A stretch of DNA of 64,000 nt from Hydrolagus colliei (lineage: Eukaryota). Positions 12,138-24,962 of this stretch are shown piece after piece. Made by a program: the position numbers and the translations under genes. The stretch covers positions 24,242,001 through 24,306,000 of the forward strand of contig CM068747.1 in assembly GCA_035084275.1 (NCBI GenBank). The letters run 5' to 3'. The stretch's first letter is position 1, and each line of letters starts with the position of its first letter. Below the pieces are notes generated by a model. It ran no database searches, was not told the DNA's origin, and saw only the letters and a program-made list of their open reading frames with translations.

Positions 12138-13222
12138 GTAACTTTATTCAAATGTACAATTCAACAGCCTTCCCACACTGAAGGTGCAAATGTTTAGATT
12201 GTGAGTTTAAATGAGCCTACGGTGGCTGTGTCCCTCCAGTGTTCAATTGACAGGCTGGCTCAGAAGCTGGAGAACAAGCAGTAGCTATTGTGTGTGAACA
12301 CTCCGGGAAATCGGCAGTACAGTACCACAACCTCACAGCTCGTTCTGGAGCGTTGCCAAGGAGAGTGCTGGGTGTCTAATTGGTCCCATTATCTGAGGGT
12401 AAATGGACCAGAGGCTACACAGAGCATATTGGGGGGAAATGCTTCCAAATCAACCACACTTGTGTTTTTTTAACCACATTGTGAGACATTTCATTGCAGT
12501 TATTACAGAGACGGAAGCAAATATGCAATCTGAGAATCTGAGTATTATCTGTTCTTGGCTTGGCTGCCCTTATTCGATGTTTAATCTCTTAGCAGAAGCC
12601 AGAATATTTTGTTCTAGTAAAGTGACGTATGCAAACTTTTCGCTTGTACGAAACCCGCAGTGTCTGCCAGACAGAAGCCCTATGAACTATCACAGATGTA
12701 AAGATTTGAGATTTTTTTTTAAAAACAGTAAAAGAATGAAACATTGAGACTATGACTTTTTTTTAAAAAAACAATCTCGGTGCAAAATAGGACCTGGGAA
12801 AAAGGATATTCGTTGTCAACTCTTTAAGAGATGAAATTTCACTTGAAGATTCCCTCTCTACATAACCCAATTAAAGACATAATGGGGATAACACAGGCTT
12901 TGATCTCCTATTTATAGCTCCAAACATCATTGGGAAAATTCAAACAACAAAACAAGAATCTTAGCTGGCTTGCCAAGAGGGATTTGTTCTTTTTATCTAG
13001 TCAGGGAAGTGCTTTTGATATTTGCATTTCTGAAGTGCTTTGCTACCCAAGCATGCTTTATATGTACTGGTTGAAATGTGTCACAGCAACATATGACTGC
13101 TGTTCTGTTGCCGGTGTTGGACTTTCTCCAACAAATATGGATTATGTTAAAGTCAGTATTGAATTGATGAGGATATGTTAATAACTCCCAGATGGGCATC
13201 TTTCTTTGCCTGGCGGGGGGGA

Positions 13223-13260
13223 TGTGTGGTGTGTGTGTGTGTGTTGGGGGGGGGGGGGGG
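13223..13260. repeat. (GT)n plus poly-G
   Basis: gtgtgtgtgtgtgt followed by a G run. Confidence 0.85.
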
Positions 13261-14737
13261 AAGAGGAGTGCAGACAGTGTATGGCAGTAGCTAGTGTTTG
13301 GCAGGTCCATCATTTCGTCATTAAAGGCCAGATTATTACTCACAACAAAGCTTGCATGACAATTGCTTGGCTAAGCACGTTCCACTGCAACAATGTGTTG
13401 ACTCCTCCTGTTGAGATGTGTGACTGTGATTACTGAATATCCTCTTACGCTGACAGTAAATTAGTAACGAATACAAGTTGTGCACTTTTGAGAGCAACAC
13501 AAATGGATGCAAATGACATGCAGTGTCCCTCTCTCACCGATCTGCTTAATGAGCATTAGCTGTGTTTCACATTGAAATCTAACCACCAGTAATTTCTGTC
13601 TACTTGAACTGGCATGGAAGGAGGTAAGCAGACCAGAATTTTAATATTCATATCCCTCAAAGTACACACTAGGATATTATCAGCATGGAAGGGACAGGAT
13701 TTGGGGGAATCAGGGTGGGTGGGGTGGGGGAAAGCTATTTAATGGTGCTAATGAAATAATTAAATCTTTTAATGTCGAGAATTCTGAGCTGAAAGTATAA
13801 ATTGTGGCATTTCCCTAAGTGCTCTCCTACAGCTTCCGATTATAACATCCTCCTTTGGGGGGGTCAAATATTTGCATGTGATAATTACATTATAATTAAT
13901 GTCCTACAAACTAGCATAGAAAGTAAGATGAAAAATGCACGAGCCAAGGTCTTATAGCAAGAGAGTTGTCTAACTGAGAACTATAGCACTGTGTGCTGTC
14001 AAGCATTTGAAGAAATATTAGCTTTCACACTATACTTTAAAAAAAGATATTCAGCAAGATTAATATAAAGTATATTTTATTTAAATATGGATCCATAGGA
14101 AGGTACCTACAAAAATATAGTGTAATTATAGTAACTCCCTCCATTAGTCAGTCAACTGGGATTCTACACAGGGTTTAGACTGGAGCCTCGCTCACTGGTT
14201 ATTCAGCTGTCTTTAAACAGCTGAATTTTGCTTTATTTAATTAACATATTAACGGTGTAAGGACTTCATTCCCTCAACATGCAGGAGGTCCATATGGCTG
14301 AGAACATGATTCTCCTGCCAAATATATGGGCTCAACACATTCCTAGTTATTGGAGCAAAATAACTGTTAGCGGAGCTTGCGTTCATTAAACCAGAGTAGT
14401 TTGTGACACTTGTAGCCAAACTCCCGAGTCGAAGGTTTACTGACCATACGGCAGAAGCAACAAAGAACATGGCCGTGCAGATCAATGCCTCAAACTGTTG
14501 CTTTGTACCTCCTAGTGTCTTGTACTAGGAAGCAGGCGGCTGGGAGTGTACAGACCAGTCGGCAGTGAATACCCTGTGGTGGTATGTCTCTCCACATCTG
14601 GTCATCAGGCCCTCAAAATGACTCAAGTTGGCTCAGTTTTCTTTTCAGCAATATTTTACAATCGCATTTAAAAAAAAAGAATTAGTTGCCCAGTTTCTGC
14701 CAGACCTTCGCTTGGAGATGCCCAGATTCCTGCTCCT

Positions 14738-14975
14738 GTACAGCCTGGCTATGCTGGTGACACACTCTTACCCTCCTTCCCTGAAGCAGGAGAACTCAGA
14801 TCGGGACATCGAGCTCATAATCTCGGAGGACGCCAGCATGCAGTGATGTTGGAGAGCTGTGTTATTGAAGACTCCATTCTTCAGATATTATTAAAGTCCC
14901 GTCGCCTGCTCAGGTGGATGTTAAATATCCCGTGGAACCAGAAGAGGGAATGGTTGTTCTTCCTGCCTGTGCTCC
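14738..14975 (+). mobile_element. Old Deu-domain SINE (SacSINE1/AmnSINE1-like)
   Basis: gagctcataatct...tgcagtg...gtcccgtcgcctgctcaggtggatgttaaatatcccgtgg...gaagag...gttcttcc matches the Deu central domain as I recall it (ctcaggtggacgtaaaagatcccatggcac). A decayed tRNA-like head lies upstream. Confidence 0.75.
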
Positions 14976-15343
14976 ACTCCTCCCTCCCCCCCATTGATGT
15001 AGAATGAAAGAGAGGAAATTTTGGATCCCAAAGCCCCAAATGGAAGCGATCAGGTTAATAAAGTAGGTTTATTAAACAGAGCATTGTTGCATTGAAGGTT
15101 CATGGTGAGGCCTTTTATCCTGTGTTAAAATGAGATGTGATTATGTGGACCAATGTTCAGTAATTATTGTGATGAACGTCAATGTATTGCAACACTGAGA
15201 TGAGGGTTTGGGAAAATGTTATCACTTTCTACTTATGGTTGCACTATTACCATGTATTGCCAATCACCAATCACCAAAATGCTCTAACTGCAGCAGTGAC
15301 AATTCCATAGTTGATAGTAGGTTGGCGGGTCACTTTCCAGGGG

Positions 15344-15545
15344 GTAATAATCCTTCCCCCACCAAAAAAAATTGGTCACTCAATGTACAAATGTTTAAGG
15401 GACACTGCTATTGGCTGCCTCGTTTCACCCACAAAATGCCCAATCAATATATTCCACTTGACAATATATTCTGTGAAGTGCTTTGCAAAAGATAAGAGTC
15501 TCAACCTCTCTACTACAACACTCTTATCAAATGCAAAGATTATTT
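15344..15545 (+). mobile_element. SINE, 5'-truncated and rearranged in the tail
   Basis: taataatcc...ttggtcac...gggacactgctattggctgcc...tattctgtgaagtgctttg...tatcaaatgcaaagattatt. Confidence 0.85.
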
Positions 15546-17608
15546 TGCGCACCTTCTATCTGGATAATGGGTTGCTATTATTGTACTACTGTATCAAATC
15601 TGGAAGCAGTTTTGTTTCTGTGGGTTTACAACCACAATGAAGGGAGTGGATTGTGACTGCTCAGATTGCTTTTCAATACTGTAGCGTATTTAACAATTTG
15701 GGGGCCCGCACTTTGGCTCAAAAACCAAGATCCCGGAGGGGAAAGGACCATGTTCATACATTGTCTGACCTTGTCCCTGAAATTATTTATCATAATGTCG
15801 TAAGCTGTGAAGGATGATGGATGTGCTGTTTGTTCAGTAACAGGTTTGCTGTAATCTCCCATCTTTAACAATATGGTGGACCCAACAAAAATAATGAGAC
15901 TCCAGGAGTTAATTTAACCGCTAATTCCCTCTCTACTTCCAACGGTAAATTCTAATAATTCACATTGCATACCCTAATCAAATGTGACATGGCTACATCA
16001 CTCCAGGTAACGGAGAAAGGAAACATTTTCACCCCAATTAGCAATCTTTGTACAAGCATGTGGACTCTTCAGCTTTACACCAACGATTATGCAATTATAG
16101 TGCAGGAAAAATAAACCCTCTAGTTCTGACCTTCAAGCAGGATGATGTTTTGCAGATCTTTACTGTCTTGCCTCTTTTACTTTTGAATTTCACAGCCTTC
16201 ACTAGCGAGAGTGAACGCGTCAGCAGCTGTTTAAAGATAACTTATGCAACAAAAGAACACATAGATAGGTGAAAATCATTTCCTGATATGATCGATTGGG
16301 TTTTTCGAAATCATGATTCCGAAACGCAAGACTGCCTGCAAAATTCCTAGGCATCAAAATCCATTAAAACCGTCTTGTGTCTTCCGCTTATTTTTAGAAC
16401 CAATCAAGATTGAACAGCTTGTGAGAAAAAAATTACAGTCAAGTGTGTTTACTTCACCTTTATAAAGCTTCTTTTGCGGACCCAATTAATTTGTTATTGC
16501 TGTCACTACAGATATTGTATGCTTCAAAAACTGTCACTGCTGCATCTGCCTATTTTAGCAAAATGCCAGTTAATTGTGAAAGCATTACACTATAGCCGGA
16601 GCTCTCTAGATCAGTCCCAGATGAAACAATTGCTTGCAAACAAGCTACAAGGATTTTCATGTGTGCTGTTATAGTCTATCATTATTAACTGTCTTTTGTT
16701 GGGTAGAGGAGGTGGTTCTTTGCAAACAGCCATTCATCAGAGCATGCCAAACCAGTTCACATCTGACCTCTGGTGCGATAATGCAGTATCAAGTAGGCCA
16801 ACTACTCAGTTTAGCAGCAGAGCAGAGAGCGCAATGTGGCTCTAAGATTAAGTGCACTGTTTCAGCTTTTCATTCCCAGGAGCTTCTCTGGCTGATGTTG
16901 TATTGATTGTGAAGTTTACCAGTAAGTATCACAAACAACAATAGCCAGGTCACCGATCGGTGATGCCTGGATTGGAATCCCAGCGGTAAGCAGTGCACTC
17001 CAGGCCAAGCCATTGTCATCATGATGTCTGAATGCAGGTTGAATGGGGTCTTGGAGCAAGGAGAAAAGCCAGAACCCGCAATCTTAAATGACATTTATGC
17101 AAGCCAGTTGAATGAGCAACATGAATCTAATTATCTCAGCGAGTGTAGAACCGAAGTCAACAGTAAATGAGGCTGCGCTAGCCACAAATATGTTTTATGT
17201 TTGCCCGCATTCAAGTTTATTTAATAATTATCCTCTTCACAGATTACAAGATGTAACAGTTCTTTGGGCTGATTTTTCATTGAGAAGCCGCACTGTTTTT
17301 ATAGCTACTACAGAGAGATTGAACATGTGGGAAAGAGGGTAAACAAGTACTTAAAATTCCAGTGAAATTGCTAACACTCACTTTAGCCACTGGCTGCTAT
17401 GCTATGTCCTAATTGCAAGTTTCCCCAAAGTGTAGTTAAATATTTTAGGCCACAAAGCCGCAAACACATAATCATTGGCGTTATTGCACTTAGCTCTTAT
17501 GCTTCCTAAAAGCATCCAAATAAGGAAAATGAGTGAATCACTGGTAGAGTACGTTATTGCCATAAATAAACTGATGTATTTTCTTTATTCTTTTCCTGTG
17601 CAGGCAGA

Positions 17609-17824
17609 CAAGCAGCAAAATTACATTTGTACAGCGCGTTTCACGTCGGGAGGATGTCCCAAGGTGCTGGACAGGCAATGTTTTAGACCCGAGCTGGGGT
17701 CGGGTTTGGGGAGGGTGGACGGAAAGGAGATTTGGGGTGACCCATGGGACCGTCGAAAAAGGAGGTTCTTGAGGCGGGACTTGAAGGAGCCGAGGGAGCT
17801 AGACGAGGAGGTGGGACTGTGGGA
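17609..17824 (-). mobile_element. L2 3' end
   Basis: Tail aaaattacatttgtacagcgcgtttcacgtcgggaggatgtcccaagg. The distal part encodes an SFKSRLKNLLF-like ORF2 end on the minus strand. Confidence 0.9.
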
Positions 17825-20560
17825 CCCTTCTTCAACCCATATATTAGGGAATTGAGAACTATAGGCATCTCCATATACCAGTGTCAGCTTTACAAGCAGG
17901 TATACTATTCAAGTGATGTTGTAAATTTTGTTTTGACTGGAATAGAAGGGAGGCTTTCCATCTGCTACCACTCAATCCAGGAGCCTAGTCATAAAGACTT
18001 ATCTGAATGAGATAGGTGGATTCAAATGATAAGCAGTTCTGGGAAGTAAACTTAAAACAATCTCATTAGTAAGTGTTCTACTATGGAAGATTCTGAATGA
18101 AATGGAAAAGCCTGTCTTCACAATACTATCTGCCAAACCAGCAAACACATCTCACTGATTTCTAATGATTTCCTTGCTAATAAACTATGTAAAATCTCTC
18201 TCTAAAACACCCGCTCACTATAGCAGTACAATTTTTCTATTTGCTTCTCAAAGGCAGGAATAAAATCGCACTTAAAGAGAAAAGCTATTTTACTGAAAAG
18301 TCAGCTATTACAATTCGTTTAAAAACATTCACTTTTTTTTTCTAACGTTGAAAATATAATGCCTATAAATTTATATTTGTTCATCTCCACATATGAAGCC
18401 CAAAAGGCTCCATTTGTACAATTTATCCCCCATATACTGGGAGATTAGTGATGTGCTTTCAAGGGCTTTATTTTATGTGTAAAGCAATATATAAACATTA
18501 ATTATTCTTGTTCTGTTCAGAATCCACCGGCTAAGTGTTAGATTTTTGTCACACGTTTAAACCTGGTGATTAATGAATAGCAATATTATTTCCGAAAATG
18601 TGTGCAGTTGAGAAACAATTTCATATCTCTTTTGTACATTATAAATTTTTTATTGACTTCATCTTGATGTGTTTGTACAAAGCTGTTTCTAGTATTTGAT
18701 TTTGGAAGTAATTATGTACAATCAGCTATAGAGCTAGAATCCCGTTATAGTGTATACACATCAAACATTTACATTAATGCAATTAAAACACAGCGCAAAA
18801 CGCATAAAAACATTTATTCCCCAGAGAACAAAAGTCTTCTCTTGCAGGTCTTGGCTACGACTAGTGCTCACTTAACACATGAAGAGAAAGCAAGAAGGCC
18901 CTGTGCCCTCTCAGCAGCTGTAAAGTACAATCATCCATACTGAATGCGGTGCTGCCTCGTCCCAGAGGACAATAGGCACCGAGTCTGAATTCTGAAGTGA
19001 GGACAGTCGAAACAAGACCACCTTCACTTCAGCAATTTGCCCTGAACCACAGGTTGTTAAAACCACAGAAACGACTAAACTCAGGCTCCAAAGCCTTTCC
19101 ACAAAACAGACCCATGCGGTGCAATAAGAAAGCCGCGTCCTAATACCTTCACTGATTGCGCAGTTTGCAGGTAGGATTAGTTGTTTCCTCTGTAGGAAAG
19201 CCTTATGTCACCCTGTTTAAGACAGTAAGTAACGATTTAGAAATAAGTGCTCAGTGTTGACCACACCAGTGACACTAGTCAGACTAGGACATTGCCTGGG
19301 GCATTGTCTGGAGATAATTACAAACTGAAAGACTGCCTTGGTCTTGAACTCTCCATATCCATCTCAGTTTGGGTTGCAGTGGATGGTCTCTTCTATTTCA
19401 AATGAGGTTTTGGCAACTCGCTCGATGAGTTGCAGCAACAGGAGGATCTTTATTCCCAACATGTCTGTACAGGAAGTCACCGCGTGGTGGGAGATTGGGA
19501 TAGATAGTGTTGTAAAAACACTTGGCAAAATGTTTGGAGCAAATGTCAATAATATCTACATGTGTGTTAATATAAGCCATGGGAAACTTTCTGATAGCCT
19601 CAAACTGTTAAGCTGACTGCCTGCTTTCGTTTTCAGGATATGGTGTGGAGCACAGGGAGGGGAAACCTAAAATGATCTCAAAACATGCACCCAAAAAAGG
19701 GGAAAGAATTCAAAGGACTGGTGTTGTTTGTGGCTATTTCTGTATATGGTATCTGCCAAATTTATCCTACACCAATACTGCTTATGTTACACGTGTGATT
19801 GCTAGTGTAAATGTCACTTCTAGCATGATTGAACACAGCTCTAAAATCGCCCAAAGTAATTTTCGTTGAGTCTAAGTGAAATAATTGTACATAATCTAGC
19901 ATCTTTAGCAAAATCACACTCTGCACTTTTACTGACAGTTTAACTCTAATTTAGAGGAAAATTAATTATCTCCTAGTTTTTTTTTGCTGCCTCTTCCCCT
20001 TCACCCTTCTCCCATTATGTCTCTACTGCTGCTATCGGCAGCTTCGCAATCTTCCACAACATCTACTGTCAGTAAGGTCGAGGAGGGAAGGGAATGAGGA
20101 GGAGCGGAAATGCTAAGACTCAGAAATGGGGAGACTCTGCGAAGCAACTCATTTGAAACATTTCAATCAAGGTTGGCAAATTCAGCAAATGCTATCAATG
20201 CGCAACAATAGGCTTTCTCTTTCACGTGTCAATCGATCCAAACTGTGAATTCAATCCTTTCAAATGGTACTTCATCACACCAACGAACGTATCGTACTCA
20301 GTGAATTGTTGCTGTGTTCTAAGTACTGTACAGTACTCTTCAGTAAGTATACAGCAGAAGTTATAAATCCATTAGCCATCCCTGGTGGCCACAAAGCATT
20401 ACTGCATGACCCTGTGGGTTGTATTTAATCTAAAGATCAAAACTAAAAACATTGTTTGCCCCTCTGGTCGAATTATATTGATTTCACAAGCATTGAAGGT
20501 AGAGTCATTGCAACTTTGGCATCAGACACACACACCTAATCCAAGTATAGGTTTTGACCC

Positions 20561-20741
20561 AAGCTTAGAATCCCAATGTGTTGAATCTGTTCTATCAAAT
20601 AGAATTCCTGATGCAGGCATATTGTTTTAATGTATAATCCTGACCCAAGCACAAAATGGTCCCCAATTATTCATGTTTTCATTGCTCAGCACACTGAATA
20701 GTGTCAGTCCAGCACATGTCACTCATCTTTTTCACACTAAC
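20561..20741 (-). repeat. Unassigned interspersed element, copy A (inverted partner at 60539-60698)
   Basis: The reverse complement aligns to 60539-60678, with exact blocks tattcagtgtgctgagcaatg (21 nt), tgcttgggtcaggat (15 nt) and atcaggaattcta (13 nt). Strand labels are only relative. Confidence 0.9.
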
Positions 20742-20944
20742 AATTTCCTGTGAAAGATCATATTTGGTATAATAAAGTGTACTAATTGGGTTCTGTTCCA
20801 GCTGAGAGGGTTTGAGGTACAAATATTTTCATGTTTGCAGCTTTTGTGTTACTTTAACTATCTGAAGAAACTCTGATCCATACACAATATTCTTTGGTGT
20901 TGACTAATTTTGCTTCTGTCAGTGTTGCTGCAAATATTAATCTG

Positions 20945-21091
20945 CTCCCACCCACACATATATTCAGTATCTCACTCTCTCCTTCTCTCTCTTTCGCCCT
21001 CGTCTCTTTTACCTCTCAAACACTCTCGCACACAAATGCAGTCCCACTCGCCACTCAAACTCTGTCTCTCACACAGACACAAACACACACA
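20945..21091. repeat. Degenerate (CT)/(CA) low-complexity tract
   Basis: ctcactctctccttctctct...acacagacacaaacacacac. Confidence 0.7.
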
Positions 21092-21230
21092 ATCAGAGGT
21101 TCAGAAACAGAATTCAGTTAAAGAATATATGAAGCTAAAATGCTGCAGAAATATTCCAGCAAATGCCTATTTATACCCTTTTGATCTTCAGTCTATGAAA
21201 TGGACTATGTTGCCTGAATCTTTAGCATTA

Positions 21231-21297
21231 GTCCCAGCACCTTGGGACATCCTCCCGACATGTAAGGCGCGATACAAGTGTTGTTGTTGTTGTCGTC
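21231..21297 (+). mobile_element. L2 3' tail
   Basis: cagcaccttgggacatcctcccgacatgtaaggcgcgatacaagtg(ttg)n. Confidence 0.88.
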
Positions 21298-23358
21298 AAC
21301 CTTTCCCCTAAATTCCAGCGCCTTCTCAGACACAGAAACTGGCAAGTGTGATAGTAAATGTCAGGTAAAATTATTTGGAGGTGGGACTTGCTTCCAGAGA
21401 TTATGTGATTTGGGTGAAATGCAAATTTTAAATACAGGAGAAATTTCAAAGTTTTGTATCGTTGAACTCGTAAATGATACTGAATTTCTCTTAATTGTGT
21501 TTAACCAAAATTGTTGCTGACTTACACTGGTGGCCCCCTCCCTCCCCATTAACACTCACACATGCTGCAGTTTTAATTAGGGCCTTTTGGTATTTCGGTA
21601 CCTGATGTTTCTGTGTTTTGTTGTAATTTTTCAATCTGTTTGCATTAAGCTGACTAACCACTGGAGCACTCTTCAATTTACGCTTCAGTCATTATTAGAC
21701 TTGTTGGTTAAAATATAGTGACAAGATAATCTCACCATATAGGAAAATACATTATCAGAATAAAGAGACACTTATTGCATTCCACAGAAGGGTTTGTTTC
21801 TCTGGGCACGTCGAGTTTTAGATTTTCTTAATCAGTAAATTGATTTTCGCCGAGATGCACTTCAACACAGTCTTTCCAAATGAAAACACGTCTTTCTGTC
21901 AAATGTACAGAATATTGACTTCCTAATGAGATTGAGAGGTAAAAAGCATCAGGTCACACTTCACAGAGTGTGGCTTTTGAACTTCTAATAAAGGAAGAAC
22001 AGAAGTATGGTCATGGGGCTAGACCTCAGCTATAGAAGGTAATTTTATTTAATGCTTTAACTCTGCTTCAAATGTCTTTTGGTGCCTGTTTTTACTCAGT
22101 GTCACCTGTATTCCGAGCCTCTTATTTCCATTATCTTACAACAAAATATCCTTGAATTCACGAACGCTTGATGTTTTTAGAGATATTTTGCTCTTTTGCT
22201 CAGTGTATACCATGTTACGTTATTTTGCATTTACAGTTTTATCACTGCTCTTAAGATTATATTCAAAAAATGTTGTCTAGTTTTTTTTAAAAGATAAGAA
22301 TAATTGTCCTCGTTTCAATCACTGTGTGCCAGCTGTAGCCAAGGTTCATTCATCCGTCATATGTCCATATGCAGTGTTAATGCTTCTGATGTTTCCCAAT
22401 CCCATGTGGACCAAAGATCAAAATGACAGTGAAATATACCAGTAATGGGAATGCTAAAGCATTCTACAAATCAACCTTATAAACATATCAACACATTTTA
22501 AATGTTCATCCCATCTTCTAAGTGCCTTGTACAGAACACATACGATGTACACAAAGAAGACTATTCCCAAATGCATACTTACACATAAGCCTCCTTAATC
22601 TTTAAATTTGTACAAGAGAAACTGTAAAGAGTCCAGCTCAATACTTGCTTCAAAGGATGCAGCTTTCTCTTCTTGTAGGATATGGTACCCCAATGTTGTA
22701 ACACATGTGAACGATTTGTTCATCTGCTTCTAGTTAATAAAGCAGTCCTCATAATCCTGCCATCTTCTTCTGTATTCTCGTCATATTTAGTGAAGTTTAT
22801 AGAGATGCAACGTTGGAGGGCTCGTGTCTATGTGAATGTGCATCTGTATTTCCGTAAGACTCGTACAATTCGTGATGTCTCACCTGCATACATGACATTT
22901 AGCAAACTGTTTGATCAATGAAAATAAAAGGTCAAAATATATAAATTTCTGACTTAAAAAATACTTAAAACTTTTCAAAAAAAAAGGTTAGTGCTGTCTT
23001 GTTCTCTTGCTTAGTTCGACATTATACCAAATAAGGAAAGAGAACTTTAGCATGGTATTCAGCAATAGAAAATGGTCTATTATGTAATTGTGGATTCAGT
23101 GTTCGTGCAGGCCTTGTGTAGCCTGGCTTGCCTTGTCTGGTCTCGCCAGCAGAATGTGGCTGTAAAAGATGCAGTCGGTCGATTGAGACAATGCACAGTT
23201 TACAGCAGGAACAAAGCTCCTCTTTGAGTGATAATATGTCTAGCCGTAGATGGTTGTAAGTGTGTCACAAGGCAGTTACACAATCGAGAGACTCAGTTGA
23301 CATCATAAACCAAGAGAGCACCGCTCAAGTAGTTTACATTAACTGAACTCCGGGATTC

Positions 23359-23637
23359 GTGTAACTGCCTTGAACTCACTTACTGCTGTTTGTTACTTTC
23401 GAGTCTGTGGTAGCAAAATGACAGACAGTGAGTTCAGAGCAATTATACCAGCCATTGAAGTAGTGGGGGATATGTTATGAAGACCCGCGGGTGTATAATT
23501 TATATCCCACAAGTGAGTTGACCTGATAACTGATGAGCGATGAAGTTGCTGGTGAGTTACGGACAGCGCGTAAGTGGGATATAAATTTATCCATCCCGTG
23601 GGTGTTTATAATGTATTCTGTTTATGCCATACGTTAA
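23359..23637. mobile_element. Ancient double-palindrome element, Eulor-like (tentative)
   Basis: Hairpin 1 at 23359-23448 has the core tgaactcact/agtgagttca. Hairpin 2 at 23468-23618 has the core aatttatatcccac/gtgggatataaatt, extending outward and inward. It ends in tattctgtttatgccatacgTTAA. Confidence 0.65.
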
Positions 23638-24706
23638 ACATTAATCTGGTAAAGAATTAGGTAAGGTTAATTAAGCAAAGAGATAGAAAAGATGAGTTTA
23701 ATGGTGCACTCTATTCCTTGGTGGATTGGAGCCAGTGTAGTAGGATGAAATGTTAAGTGCTAATTAGACTACTGTTGAGTTTGTGGGCTTTGCAACTTTA
23801 GACTTTCAGCATTTTCTTCAAGTAAATTTTCAGAAGACAAATTCCTCCAGTCATTAGAATGTGATGTGAGCAATATTTCATGGGAATGATAGAGGCAGAA
23901 ATGGGATAAGGAAAGATATGAGTCACTTGACACCTTCCAATGTCAGCAAATGTGGCTGGTTATTGTGTTTCAACAGCTTCTCAGGTCAGTATCTGGACTA
24001 TTTATTGCATTGTACATATTACAACATTGTCTCAGTCTTTTCTATTATAATTTGTTTCAACACTTGCTGGGATAGAATACTAAGTTACTTCACATTCGTT
24101 TTGCCATAATTTGTCTCATTTTACTTTACGACAAAAGTAGAAAGTGATAAATGTTTCTATGTTGAAACATCTAAGCTGGCTATAACTAACCTTAATTTAA
24201 AATCCAAACCCCTTTCACAGAGACTCTCTCATCTGAATGTCTTTATGATGATGTTTAATAGCTTCATGAATATCTTAGCTTGTGACCTTTCCATTGGTGC
24301 TTCAAATATTCCAATATTCTGGGAGAGAATATTTGGAGCAGCTACTTGTTCCTATGCCTTTGCTTTTCGTCTGTGCAGTAGAGTCTGCTGTATTTATTTC
24401 CCTTCTAATTTCTTCCATCGCTTGCTGTATTCCTGTAGCTTTTGGCCTTTCTCATTTGTCTTTTACAAGTATGGTAAATGTCAAGAGCCCGCCTATTGTT
24501 GCATGTTTGGCTGATTGAGAGTCTAGCCAGTAATATTGCAATAGCCTCAATTCACCATCCTGCTCTGAACAAAATAAAGGCACTTCTGAATCACACACGC
24601 ACACAATATCCATCTTTAAAAATCCTTCTGTGAATTCCTGTCAAGCAATCATTGAAAGATTTATTTTCACCAATTCCAACATTAAAAATAGAATATTCAG
24701 TACCCG

Positions 24707-24860
24707 ACAGCAACAACGATTGCACATATACAGCGCCCTCCAGGCAAGGTAGCGTCTCAGTAGCTTAATAGTAACTCAGAGCCATGGCGGGGGGGGAAGA
24801 AGAAGGGGGTGGGGGAGAAAGATGGCTGTAAAAACGCTCAAAGAGACAGATTTTCAGACT
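24707..24860 (-). mobile_element. Diverged L2-like 3' end
   Basis: (caa)n ttgcacatatacagcgccct... followed by a purine-rich UTR and aaagagacagattttcag. Confidence 0.55.
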
Positions 24861-24883
24861 ACGGTTTTACTTACATAAAAACC

Positions 24884-24962
24884 TTTGAAACAATGACTGT
24901 CCAGTGCCTTGGGACATCCCCCTGATGAGAAAGGCGCTCTACAAGTTTAATTTTGTGGTTGT
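24884..24962 (+). mobile_element. L2 3' tail
   Basis: tgaaacaatgactgtccagtgccttgggacatc...gaaaggcgctctacaagtttaattttgtggttg. Confidence 0.88.

Noticed and set aside
13703-13730. G-quadruplex-capable motif
   Set aside because: Isolated, with no promoter or CpG-island context; common in vertebrate DNA.
20322-20337. 16-bp perfect palindrome agtactgtacagtact (also the 22-bp near-palindrome at 16303-16324)
   Set aside because: About one such palindrome is expected by chance in 64 kb.
22650-24570. Possible minus-strand exons at ~22790-22883 and ~24200-24565
   Set aside because: Acceptor-like sites exist, but every frame hits stops and no peptide is recognisable.
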